This document shows, piece after piece, positions 21,261 through 31,800 of a stretch of DNA of 64,000 nt. The translations under genes were made by a program, and so were the position numbers. Origin of the DNA: a virus (lineage: Duplodnaviria > Caudoviricetes). The stretch is taken from IMG/VR virus record IMGVR_UViG_3300019874_000002, positions 54,720-118,719 of that record. One strand, 5' to 3'. The notes beneath the pieces are model-generated. The model worked only from the letters and a program-made list of their open reading frames with translations. It did not search any database and had not been told where the DNA came from. Each line of letters opens with the position of its first letter. Position 1 is the first letter of the stretch.

Positions 21261-22060
21261 TACGTCGACACCATATTAATTGGCTTATACGCATCAAGGA
21301 TTTGCTTGAGCAAACCTGACGTCATCGTCAATTCTTGTGATTTACCTGCCGGTCCGTATAGGTCTTCTGAATATTGAGAAATCCGCGCTTGGAAGGCTGG
21401 CAATTGATAGCTCATTGATTGCGATAGTCCATCAATCGAGGCACTCTCACTATTCACACCAATCGGACGAACCAAATCCGACATAATGCGAAGAAGATCG
21501 ATGCACGCAAGCTTTGCCAAAGCTTCAACAATCATCCTAGGCAGGTCCAGAGGATCCATTCCAGCTATGTAATCTACGCGCCACAGGTTTGGAACGGAAG
21601 AAATCCCTTGATACAGGATTGGCAAAAAATCTCCACCCTGCCCAATAATCACAGCACTCAACGCTCCTTGATTTGGTACAACATTTAATTCTCCAGAGTC
21701 CTTCCTTATCTGGATCCATTCTGGAGGATACGTTACGATACTAACGCCAAGAGGAAAGACGCCGCGCAGCTGGGTTATCGATTTGACTGGAACCTTGAAC
21801 AGCTGCAGCCAACCCCAATTAATATAATCCTGCGCGTAATAATCATGCTGTTCGTCAGTGATGACAACCTCGAGGATTGAAATATCGCAAAGCTTTTCTA
21901 GTTTACGCAAAGCATTTTGCATATGCGTTTCAAAAAAACTGTCAGGATAAGGCTTTCCTGCACGATCAATAAACTCCAAACCAGTCAACCAATTGGCTCT
22001 AAGCCAATCAGGAGTCAAGTCAGACAACTTGATCGTGATATTTCCATCCGCTAGGGCCAT
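21260..22060 (-). CDS. Head-tail adaptor protein
   Basis: EQHDY, VDYIAG, SASIDGLSQS motifs; two genes after MCP. Confidence 0.65.
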   Translation of the reverse strand: MALADGNITIKLSDLTPDWLRANWLTGLEFIDRAGKPYPDSFFETHMQNALRKLEKLCDISILEVVITDEQHDYYAQDYINWGWLQLFKVPVKSITQLRGVFPLGVSIVTYPPEWIQIRKDSGELNVVPNQGALSAVIIGQGGDFLPILYQGISSVPNLWRVDYIAGMDPLDLPRMIVEALAKLACIDLLRIMSDLVRPIGVNSESASIDGLSQSMSYQLPAFQARISQYSEDLYGPAGKSQELTMTSGLLKQILDAYKPINMVST

Positions 22061-22064
22061 CGAT

Positions 22065-22577
22065 TTAGTTCTTCTTCTTCGCCTTCAATGCATCACGTTC
22101 CGCGGACACGACGCTAAGCGAATGCTCAAGCTCTTTGCACTTACGCCGCAAAGCCTCTGCCTCTTTGGCCATGCCATCCTGGTACGCTGTGTATTGCGCC
22201 CTGAATTCGGTGGCCATTTGCTCAAGCTTCTCTTCCAGCTCTGCATTCTTTTGAGCGAGCCTGGCATTGGCTCCTCTCACTGCAGTCAGATCCGAATTTG
22301 CTTTGGTCTCTGCAGCCGTCGCTGGCTGCGCCTCTTCCAAAGCAAGATACTTCTCCTGATCCTCCACAGAAAGCCACCCAAACGAATGAACGTGAATGAT
22401 GTCTTTCAAGGGAACCTTGATTGTCGCTACGCCATCGTCGTCAAACTTGACTTTGCCCCATCTCGAAGACGGAGTTTTGCCAGCATTGCGACGGTCCATG
22501 ATTTCCAGCGTAACGACTGTATCAGGATCCATTTCCGTGTTGCGTGCAACCACGGTCTGCTTTTGCGGATTAGCCAT
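22065..22577 (-). CDS. Hypothetical protein with C-terminal coiled coil
   Basis: 170 aa after MCP, AGGAG RBS, VKFDDDGVA. Confidence 0.55.
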   Translation of the reverse strand: MANPQKQTVVARNTEMDPDTVVTLEIMDRRNAGKTPSSRWGKVKFDDDGVATIKVPLKDIIHVHSFGWLSVEDQEKYLALEEAQPATAAETKANSDLTAVRGANARLAQKNAELEEKLEQMATEFRAQYTAYQDGMAKEAEALRRKCKELEHSLSVVSAERDALKAKKKN

Positions 22578-22606
22578 ACTTGTTCTCCTTCATTTCTACC
22601 TGCACT

Positions 22607-24010
22607 CTAGTCGTCAAGAACATTGATGAAGATCACATTCTTCCGAGGCGCGTACAGGATCGGCGTCATGTAGATCAGCTGCATCCAGCGAATTGACGCC
22701 GCAAGCGTCGCCAGCGGAATCTTCATCATTGGCGCCAGCTGCCTCACGCTCATTGACTGCAAATTCATTTGCAGCAAATACGCGCGCGACATTCCAGGCA
22801 GCCACTGATTGACATCAAGAAACACTGTCGTCGCCGCGCCAGTCGGACGTGGAACATCGAGCACAAATTGCTCGGTTCCAGCCGCGCCACCGACTTTGCT
22901 GCGATAGATGCGATACCCTGTCGCAGTATCCGTACCACCGCCATCAGTAATCGTGAGCGTCACGCCATCGCCTGCAGCGACAGCAACACCACCAGGCTCT
23001 TGCACACCAGCGCTCTCGCCAAAGCGATTGAGTGCAGACACCTTGTATTGATACGTACCAGCATCGGCCGCACCAAAGATTGAAGCAGCGTTTGCACCGC
23101 TCGCAGCGGAACACGTCGGCGCCGTTGGAGCGCGCACGGACGTTGCAGCAGTCGGCGCATTCTTGACGCTGTTCTCTTTGCCACTGCGCAGAAAGATGTT
23201 TCCGCGAAGCGCGATATCCCCAGCGTTCGTTTCCATCAGCTTCGCGCTGTAGCCAATTCTACCATCCGTTTGGCCAAAGCTTCCGCGCTGACGAGAATAG
23301 AACTGCTTGCTCATATCGCTTTGTGCGCGCGGAGCAAGATACAGCGCCGAAGATATCCCGTAGTTTTCGACGACAACGTTGGTCGCCTCTTCGATTGCGT
23401 CCTCCGTGATTGGCCCACCGCGAAGATCAATCACGTTGTTTGCACTTGCAAACGGATCTCGCATGAGCTGCTCGTCAATGCCGTCGAACGAATCTGGAAT
23501 GACGCTCGCTTGACCTCTGAATAGCGCGCGCTCAATGCGCATCATCAGCCAGATCGCGCGATTCTGCGTCTCTCGCGCAATGATATTGCCGTACGCATTG
23601 CGCACCAACGTCGCCGGATGCGTTACCTCGCCTTGCGTGCCGAGGAATTTGATCATTTCCACGCGCCGCTCGTACGCCGCGTCCTGAACCTGAGGCAATT
23701 CACCTTCCTTCGTGAATGCGCCAGACTCACCGCCGTAGCTCGATTGGATCGTGTACTCCTCACTCGTCGAGAACGCAGGCAGCTTCGGAATGTCCTTCCA
23801 AAGCTTCATATGCCCTTGCGAGAAAGTGAGCACGCGGAGCGTCGCCTCGAGTGATTCCACGCGAAGCGCACTACCGCCGTCATGGCGCGGACTCTGATTG
23901 CCTGCTGAGAGAGCTTTGCGGAGATCGTCCGCACTCATGCCTGCATTTGGGAGCAAACCGAAACCGGTAAGCCCATCGTAGTCAGACATGCCAACGTAAT
24001 TGCCTTCCAT
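22607..24010 (-). CDS. Major capsid protein
   Basis: KALSAG...GGSALRVESLEATL..LT, LWKDIPK.PA.ST.EEY, IERALFRG, FDG, IDLRG, PMMKIPLA; SPO1/Twort-like MCP pattern with an Ig-like insertion. Confidence 0.93.
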   Translation of the reverse strand: MEGNYVGMSDYDGLTGFGLLPNAGMSADDLRKALSAGNQSPRHDGGSALRVESLEATLRVLTFSQGHMKLWKDIPKLPAFSTSEEYTIQSSYGGESGAFTKEGELPQVQDAAYERRVEMIKFLGTQGEVTHPATLVRNAYGNIIARETQNRAIWLMMRIERALFRGQASVIPDSFDGIDEQLMRDPFASANNVIDLRGGPITEDAIEEATNVVVENYGISSALYLAPRAQSDMSKQFYSRQRGSFGQTDGRIGYSAKLMETNAGDIALRGNIFLRSGKENSVKNAPTAATSVRAPTAPTCSAASGANAASIFGAADAGTYQYKVSALNRFGESAGVQEPGGVAVAAGDGVTLTITDGGGTDTATGYRIYRSKVGGAAGTEQFVLDVPRPTGAATTVFLDVNQWLPGMSRAYLLQMNLQSMSVRQLAPMMKIPLATLAASIRWMQLIYMTPILYAPRKNVIFINVLDD

Positions 24011-24047
24011 CTGTGACTCCTTTCAGTGTCGTTTTTGTTGCTGTCTG

Positions 24048-25060
24048 CTACGAAGCAGAACAGAGCTTCTGCTCCAACTTTTGGACAACAGCCTTTGGTA
24101 GCATTGAGAAATCGTGAGTGTTTTCGAATTTGGTAATTTCGTCCAGAGAAACGCCCTGACTCTTCAAACACATGTCCGTAAGAGCCTCTTGAATTGCGAT
24201 AAACTCGACATTCTCCAATGGCGAGCCTAGCTCCGATCCGTCGATACCTGAGGTGTCCCCATTCCGAAATTGCGGTTCGCGAACATTCGCTTTTCGCAAC
24301 GTCGAACCTTGCTGATTGGGTACAGGCTGATCGTGAATAGCTTTGACTAGGTCCTCCGTACTGCCTAGCTTCTCCACAATCATCACGAGAGCCTTCGCAA
24401 TCTTTGAATTGAAAGCCTTCTGATTATCACCGAATTCAGTGATCGACTTTCGCATCGACTTCATCAACCGTTTGTCACGCGAATTGCGTTGACCGGCGGT
24501 TAGGTTGTCAATCGATTGGACGAGCTTATCGAGGATTGGCGCAGCATCAAACGCAGCTTCTGCGTTTGGAGTCTCGTCGATGAGAGCCTTTCGAATGCTC
24601 TCATTACGACGCTTCTTTGTCTGGGACGAAGATTCGCAAGCTGCGAAGCGCCGTGGGATTTACCAAACGGCTTACCTCCCTTTGCAGGTTGATCAGACGA
24701 TGATTCACCTCCTTCATCCGATTCGTCATCCCCACCGCCAGCGGATTCCCCATCTCCGCTGTCGTCGTCAGATGACATCGAGTCGTCGTCATCATTTCCA
24801 GCTTTCGCTACATCGTCATCTGACGATGCGTCGTCAGATTTAGCGTACAGCGCTTTCAGTGTTTCTTCCGCTTTCCGCCGACTCATCCCGCCCTTCATCA
24901 GACCTCTCAACGCCTTCTTCATCGCTTTCGCACTTGATTGAATATTTGTTCCCTCCGTCGCCAAGCCTCCATCGTGTGGAGCATCTTGGAGAGCATCTCC
25001 GCCCTTTTCGAGCGTTTCTAGTGACGCAAGCAACCTGGCCTCTGCTGGTGTTCTCGCCAT
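24048..25060 (-). CDS. Scaffolding protein, split by a -1 frame change near 24600-24660
   Basis: Acidic low-complexity ORF 24500..25060; the frame of 24048..24467 is open up to about 24659 (NESIRKALIDETPNAEAAFDAAPILDKLVQSI); sits immediately before MCP. Confidence 0.6.
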
Positions 25061-25071
25061 AAGCTACTCCA

Positions 25072-25464
25072 TTACGCGAAGTATCCGACAATATTTCCAG
25101 TTACTGCAGTGGTCAGAAGAAACGTTCGAACAGTACCGTCAATTGACGTAACGGTAACTGTCGAAACGCCACCCACGACGGCGGACATCGCAACCACATC
25201 TCCAGGACGAAGATCGGCGATTTCTTGACCAGTAAGATCGAACACCGAACCGACTCCAGAGGCACCATCGCTCATTGCGAGCAAAAGCTGTCCTCCCACG
25301 ATGTTTACGACTGACCCAAGCAAAGCACCTCCGAATGCTGGATCAACAGCTGACAGCACTGTCTTGCTATCAGGAATTGTAAAGGTTCCTGCAACCTTTA
25401 CAACAAATGGTGTAAGCGGATCGCGTCCACCGACATTGAAGCGCACAAGATTCTGACGAGACAT
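25072..25464 (-). CDS. Putative head decoration/structural protein
   Basis: 130 aa, Val/Gly/Thr-rich, AGGAG RBS, in head module. Confidence 0.45.
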   Translation of the reverse strand: MSRQNLVRFNVGGRDPLTPFVVKVAGTFTIPDSKTVLSAVDPAFGGALLGSVVNIVGGQLLLAMSDGASGVGSVFDLTGQEIADLRPGDVVAMSAVVGGVSTVTVTSIDGTVRTFLLTTAVTGNIVGYFA

Positions 25465-25515
25465 TGTTTCTCCTTTTTATTTACGAACGCCTCAACTCGG
25501 CGTCATTTGAAAAAC

Positions 25516-25854
25516 TTAGTTAGTAACCAACACGGTCCAGCGCACAGTGCATGGATTTGTTGCAACTGCGTAAACGCCAGCTGCGCCAGACTCCTTCGAC
25601 GCATTGATTGTAAAGGTGTTGTTTGCGTTTTGAACCGACGCTAGACGATGAACTGTCGCCACACCTCCAGCGTCTTCAAAATTCAATGACTGAACAACAT
25701 ATGACATGATGTCGACACGTCCACCTTTCATCCGAATAGCACGTCCAAGGTCGACGACTGTCGACCCTGTAAACGTGATCAATCCAGTAAGATGACTTGA
25801 TTGATTTCTCTGTTCGCCGACTCGCGGCTTTCCTGTCGCTACTCGTTTAGCCAT
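25516..25854 (-). CDS. Putative structural protein
   Basis: 112 aa, beta-rich, TAATG-coupled to protease gene. Confidence 0.45.
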   Translation of the reverse strand: MAKRVATGKPRVGEQRNQSSHLTGLITFTGSTVVDLGRAIRMKGGRVDIMSYVVQSLNFEDAGGVATVHRLASVQNANNTFTINASKESGAAGVYAVATNPCTVRWTVLVTN

Positions 25855-26603
25855 TAAATCCTCCGTTCCTGTTTTTCAATTACACGCGCGAGTCGCTCGC
25901 AGGTTGCCCACGCATATTGTGGTCGATGCGACTTAATCACTTTGACTGCTTCATCGAATGATAGCTCCATCCGTCTACGCTCCACACGACCGCTCGCTAG
26001 AGCTGCACCTCCACTATGCGCTGGCGATTGACCTCCAGCAGACAGAGCTTTTCTAATATTACTCGCTTCCATTTGCTCGTAAGAACCAAATGACTTCGCG
26101 AGAATACTCCAAGAACATTTAGTGTTCACCGGAACACGCGTAATCGCAACGTCGCGAATCTTTGCCTTTAGTATTTTGTTATCGTATCCTCGATCGACAA
26201 CCTTACCTTCAATACTAAAACCGAGATGTCTAGCAACGCCACTCTTTAGCAGTGATTTAGCAAGCGTCCAAATGCGATCAGCAGGCTCGTAGTCAACAAG
26301 CAAATTACCCTCCGTCCACCAGGACCCCTTCCGTAATTCTGCCATCGACGGCACACCCACAGCATCCGCAGTCCCTTGCTTGTGGTTATCGTTAAACCAA
26401 CCGTAGTTCACGAATTCTGTGAAATCCAACCCCTTTGCTAAAACACGCTCGTCCTGCCGGTCCAAATCTTCCGTGGAACACGTTCCACCGATTGGGCGTG
26501 TTCGCTCTATATCTACTGCGCCTTTGGACAAATCAATTACAACACAGCCTGGTGTCCAAATGATAAAATCGTCTTTACCATCTAAGATATCGTTGTCTTT
26601 CAT
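25854..26603 (-). CDS. Prohead protease
   Basis: STEDLDRQDE, GWFNDNH (His), LGFSIEG (Ser), VAIT..PVN motifs. Confidence 0.87.
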   Translation of the reverse strand: MKDNDILDGKDDFIIWTPGCVVIDLSKGAVDIERTRPIGGTCSTEDLDRQDERVLAKGLDFTEFVNYGWFNDNHKQGTADAVGVPSMAELRKGSWWTEGNLLVDYEPADRIWTLAKSLLKSGVARHLGFSIEGKVVDRGYDNKILKAKIRDVAITRVPVNTKCSWSILAKSFGSYEQMEASNIRKALSAGGQSPAHSGGAALASGRVERRRMELSFDEAVKVIKSHRPQYAWATCERLARVIEKQERRI

Positions 26604-26606
26604 CGA

Positions 26607-27488
26607 TTACACCGTGTTCATGATGTAAATTGGCTTTGCTATATTAGCCATAGGTGTGAAAAACTTCTCGTATGTCGGAAACGAATCAACGTCGTCATTG
26701 CCTTGACTCAACGTAATCCAAGGCATGCGGTGCGGAAACAACAACATGAACTGAACGCGCAGCCAAACATGGTCAATCTCCTCGTCCAACAACAATCCTC
26801 CCAATCCACTAACTAGATCTGACCTTTGAATTTTCTGCAACGCATCCCAAACAGGTTCAAGATCCATTGCGAATCTAAACAAATATTTGTGAGCCACACA
26901 GTGATAATTCTTTTGTGTCAATCCGAACGAACATCCGTTATCCCACCCAATTGCGCGCCAGCACGCTTTCCCATCAACAATGTCCAAACGCGCACCATAG
27001 TTCGCAGCATGACGATCTCGAGAACAGGCTAGGTAATCTAACACCGTAAGGCGTAGCGTGTCACTAGGCGGCAGCTTATCTCTCAAAGTCTCCCGGAGAG
27101 AGATGGCCCACATTTCCCTATCGTTGGGCTTACGCAGCCTTGGCTCAATGGCAACCAACCGAGCTGAGGTCGTGTATTGCTGGTAGGACGCTGTGACACC
27201 TTCAAACTCCCCTAAAATCGTCTCTGGAACTACCTCAAATTTTGGATCATATTTGTGAAGTATTTTACACAGGCGATAGAATGCAACTTCACGTCTTGGA
27301 AACGTCGTCACAGGAAGCCCACGTTGCAATTCACGATTGCGCTTTGTTGCAACCGTAGACGCGATCTTTACAACAGCTTGGATACCGTTTGAATACGTAG
27401 CTAAGCGCGAACCAACTTTCCCCTCTTTCAATAGGGACATCTTTTCAGGTTTCAGCTGCTTAACCGATATTTCGAATGCGGTAGTCAC
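26607..27488 (-). CDS. PI3/PI4-kinase-superfamily (HipA-like) kinase
   Basis: AVVK, REVAFY, VVPET, S.QQY, DYL...DRHAANY catalytic loop, WDNG.SF. Confidence 0.75.
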   Translation of the reverse strand: MTTAFEISVKQLKPEKMSLLKEGKVGSRLATYSNGIQAVVKIASTVATKRNRELQRGLPVTTFPRREVAFYRLCKILHKYDPKFEVVPETILGEFEGVTASYQQYTTSARLVAIEPRLRKPNDREMWAISLRETLRDKLPPSDTLRLTVLDYLACSRDRHAANYGARLDIVDGKACWRAIGWDNGCSFGLTQKNYHCVAHKYLFRFAMDLEPVWDALQKIQRSDLVSGLGGLLLDEEIDHVWLRVQFMLLFPHRMPWITLSQGNDDVDSFPTYEKFFTPMANIAKPIYIMNTV

Positions 27489-28438
27489 ACTTCACACTGA
27501 TGATCCATCAAAGCTCGAACGCTGTATGTAATATCGTCAGACATTGACTTTTTAGTCGACGCTATAATCTTTCCATTCGCATCAAATGCAAATCCAGCAG
27601 GCATCTCGTGCAATTCGCATTGACAACCAGGGTGCACTACACCAATAACAGGTCGCCATTCAGTCCTCCCTGCACGTTTTGGGTGAACGGCTCTACGACC
27701 GTAATTAGTTCCGTTGTTAGCCAACTCTGACAGCCTAAACAGACGTGGTTTACGGCCGTTCGTGTACAGCATTCTACAAAATCTACAGGCGTCTGGTTGA
27801 ATCGTTTTATAAACCAGCGGATCAAACCCATCCGCAGCTATCCCAAGAGCCTTCCCGTGCTCCTTAGCATTATGTAATTCGGTAGCTACAATCAACGCCC
27901 AATCGCGTTGCGTGTCTTTCAATTTCTTTTTGAACCTACGCTCAATCTGCTCTTTAGATGATCGCCTTGCGATACCTAAAGCAATCTCGTGCTGCACTAT
28001 CCCCAAAGCCTCATGCCTAAGCTTCGTCGCTTCTTCGTGCGTAGATTGTTCAAAATCATTAATCATCGACATCGACAGATTTCCGATCAATCGGCCAACA
28101 TGGTCTTTGGTCGCATTAATCGCATCCAATTCGTGTTGTGAGAACTGAGGCGGCGCTGTAGCGACAAACAGCCAAAATTTCTCCGGTGACATCCGCGCCA
28201 ATGACAGGTCATTCTTTGGCGCGCTCGCAGCCATTTTACCAACCGTGTGCGCTGCCTGAATTGCAACCTGAGCGTGCTCGATGCTCCCTTGGCGCAGGAT
28301 ATTATTGCGAACCAACCGATCGTAATCGTCCTTAGAAACTGCGCCTGGACCTAGCACTTCAACAGCAAGCGCAAGGTGATGGTCTGCAATCAATTGCCTG
28401 ACCTTCTCGCGAGCCAAATCGCTAATTGGCTTAGCCAT
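27485..28438 (-). CDS. MuF / SPP1 gp7-like head morphogenesis protein
   Basis: RDW..IV.TE, VYK...PDACRFC, HPGCQC; start ATG 28438 (GGAG upstream) preferred over 28501. Confidence 0.8.
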   Translation of the reverse strand: MAKPISDLAREKVRQLIADHHLALAVEVLGPGAVSKDDYDRLVRNNILRQGSIEHAQVAIQAAHTVGKMAASAPKNDLSLARMSPEKFWLFVATAPPQFSQHELDAINATKDHVGRLIGNLSMSMINDFEQSTHEEATKLRHEALGIVQHEIALGIARRSSKEQIERRFKKKLKDTQRDWALIVATELHNAKEHGKALGIAADGFDPLVYKTIQPDACRFCRMLYTNGRKPRLFRLSELANNGTNYGRRAVHPKRAGRTEWRPVIGVVHPGCQCELHEMPAGFAFDANGKIIASTKKSMSDDITYSVRALMDHQCEV

Positions 28439-28877
28439 TGGCTTTCGCCTCTTTCTCCTCTGGCGTAGGCTCTTTACCAGGATACGAAAACCCTTCCACA
28501 CCTGGAACAGGTTTTAGCTTTTGAAACTCGCCAATTCTCAAAGGCTTCGCTCCAAACATACGCTGTCTCTCATCAGCTGTAAGCGTCTTCGTGTAATAAT
28601 CGTCCGTCGCGAGCCACGAAGGTGCTTTCACGTTAAACTTCTTGCAGTAGTACCTCAATGCTGGACGAATCTTCTCAACGTACTTTCGACGCGCCGCCAT
28701 ATTATCTGCAGTATGGAGCACCATTAGAAACTTTGCATAATGCTTTAGCTGCGCCTCTAATTCATCTTTCGAACGACAAGGCAACACCTTTTCAGGAGTG
28801 TCAACCTCCACACCCTTTGTCCCATCGCCGCGATTGGTCGTCCTGAAGATCACATGGTCTGACTTCTCCTGATTCAC
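28431..28877 (-). CDS. Hypothetical head-cluster protein
   Basis: 148 aa, overlaps both neighbours by a few bases. Confidence 0.5.
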   Translation of the reverse strand: MNQEKSDHVIFRTTNRGDGTKGVEVDTPEKVLPCRSKDELEAQLKHYAKFLMVLHTADNMAARRKYVEKIRPALRYYCKKFNVKAPSWLATDDYYTKTLTADERQRMFGAKPLRIGEFQKLKPVPGVEGFSYPGKEPTPEEKEAKANG

Positions 28878-31800
28878 GACTTTCCTTCTTTCTTCTTCTC
28901 TCCAAACGCAACCATGGATTGCGTCATCAATCCTTGACTCTGAAGCGCCCCCACAACCTTCTGCATGTACTCTTCTGCTTTATCATTTGAGAATGGATTA
29001 CGTCCATCCTCATCGTCCCAAATCGGTTTTAGCTCCTTCTTGATAAACTCGTTCCAATCCCCAGACCTTGTCTTTGTCAAACGCTCAAAGAAATGATGCG
29101 CCTCTCCTTGAGATATCTCGGAACCTTTAACTTTACGAGTGCTACCCTCTTTGAATGGATTATCGCTAGAATGAAACTCCAAACCTAGATTTGGCTTCTT
29201 ACTCGTCACCTTCGACGGCTCGCTACCTTTTGGAATTGGTGAAGCATTCCAGTCTTCGCTATCCTTCTGTTGCTTCTGCGCAGTCTTCTTCTCAACTGTG
29301 CGCTCTGCCGTGCCTACGGTAGCTGTCGCTTGCTTTGGCTTCTCAGCAGCCTTCGGTTGCTCTGCCACAGCCTTTACTTTGCCTTTAGCTTCCTTCTTTG
29401 AGCCAGTCTTTGGCTTCTCGGATGCCAATTCAGGATACTCTTTCTGCAATCCCTCAGCTTGCTTTGCGTAATGGTCAGCTTTATCATTATCGCCTTTATC
29501 ACGGTAAACCTGTTCCATCAGGTTAGCCATCTGAAACTTCTGTTTAGAATTTCGCTTATTGCGGTCAAGCTCCCATTGACCTCTAAACTCTTTTTCGTCA
29601 AAATTCTTTGTAAGCGCATGCGCTCCGCGCTTCTTCAGATTGGCTTTGCCTTCTTTGCTCGGCTCGAAATCCTTATCGGTCAATTGAGCACTCAAACCAC
29701 CCCTACCTCCTGCAGCTGCAGACTCTTTCCAATCTTCTCCAAGAGCCTCAATCTTTTTAGCATGTTTGGACAGTCCAACAGAACCAACCGTCTCCTCTGC
29801 TTCTTTCTGTCCTGGTGACGCCAAATCGTATGATTTGGCGTTCTCCATAATCGTTTTAATCTGCGCCTCGCTAAACGTCGCTCCTTGGACACGACGCATT
29901 AGATCGTGCACAGACCCTTCTACGTCAAACGTCGCACTCGTCGGCAATTCTTTACCAAGCAACGCCCCAACCATTGCTTGTTTACCTGCGATCTTCTGCT
30001 CCACCATCATGTCATACGTGCCTACAGAGCGGTATGTCTTCTCATGAACATCTTCCGTCTGACCAGTACGCCATTGACGACCAATCGCCTGACGCTTTTG
30101 CGCTGGATTCCACGGCTCATCAATAAATAATGTTTTGTTCCCACCTTCCTGTAAATTCAGACCAGCGCCTCCAGAAACCGTGCCTGTCAACAAAACCTTG
30201 GAGTGACCTTTATTGTACTTATCTTGAATATAGCCGCGTTCGGAAGGAGCAACGTCTCCAGCAATCGTATCGATTAACGATGGATCAATGCCACGCTCTG
30301 CGAGTGCTTTCCTAATAATTGGAAAAGCCTTTTGAGGAAATGAGCAAAATGCGACAATACCTTTGGCAGCCTTCCCACCTTGCCCACTATTTGAAAAATG
30401 AGCGATAACATCGTCGCAAAAAGCTTTCAATTTAGGCGTGTGCGCAATACCACCATCAGATTTACGGTATGAGGCATCAATCAATGCCGGAGAAATTGAC
30501 GCTTGACGCTGCAACATCATTTGCATGCCGCCAGCCATGAGCGCTAGAGCACCTTCGTTGTGCTCCTCGTAGCGCTCCCCTGTTGACGGATTAATCTCTC
30601 TCGCTTCGATCTTCGCACGTCGCTCTTTAATCAAACGTTCAATACGAAGCTTGACCATCGTATCGATAACGCCATCCTCCTTAAAATAGTCATTCTGAGA
30701 CAAACCGTTCTCAGAGCTAACTACCTTCGACAGTGCCAAATCACCTTCATCCGGCCATTGCTCTTTTGACTCGCTGACACCTACGCGCTTCGTCAACCCC
30801 TTACCCATATCTGCCACAACGTCTGGGTCAGTGATTGATTTATAAAACACGAACGGCTTTAGTCGTTTATTCAAATCGGCAAGATGCTCAGGATTTGACA
30901 CTCTATATGCTTGGTCGTCTTCATTCCACGCAACACCAGCCATTCTTCCAGACCAAAGCTCTTGATCGCCTACGCTATCTGGTGCAAATAGATTCGCGAG
31001 ATGGTACAAATCCATTGGATCGTTTGGCATTGGCGTAGCTGTCATGCCAAATGCATACTCACGATCTTGCATAACAGCTTTTGCAATCTCGTGTCTCGTA
31101 TTGCCAGCTTTCTTATAACCTCCAGAATGCGCTTCGTCGATAAAGACTGCACCTTCCAAATTTTGAAGAATCTTTACCATTTCATGGTCAGACCCACCGG
31201 TACCATCGTTCTCGTCTTCGCTTGCATTTGGATCTGGAACATCTCCAGTCAAGGTCCCTGACGAAATAAAAATGTACCGCGCTTTCTTCGCCAAATCACT
31301 TTGAAGTGCAACCTTCCGCTCCTCGAGAGAAAAACCGCTTAGATTAAGAATCTTGTCCGCGCTCTCCGGTGCAAACTTCGCAATTACTCCAGGCCACTGC
31401 TCCATCAGCGACGGCGGAAGAAACATCACGGCAGGAATGTCTTTACCTTGTGCACGCAATTGCTCCATGAAAGCAATGACGGTAGGACTCTTTCCCATCC
31501 CTGCATCTTGCGCAATCACACCACGCTTCACCGCCATCATCCAATTGATATACTTCTTCTGGTACCCAAATGGCTCCCAAACCCCTTTACTCGGATCGTT
31601 TGGATCCTTTAGTGTCTTTCCGTTCCAAATACCATCTTTCATCGTCAACGGAACATCAAACGAATCATCTTCTTGCGCAGCGAGAATTTTTACAATCCGT
31701 GCCTGCTCTTTTGCGACGTTTACCAAATGATCGTCCATGATATCGCTCTTACCGGCGACATCGTTCATCTTCATCTTGAAGACATCTGCAAAATGAGGAT

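Noticed and set aside
26607-27488. Kinase as the lanthipeptide dehydratase (class III/IV)
   Set aside because: No lyase or cyclase domain, PI3/4K-like motifs, head-cluster location, and the leaders are class I type.
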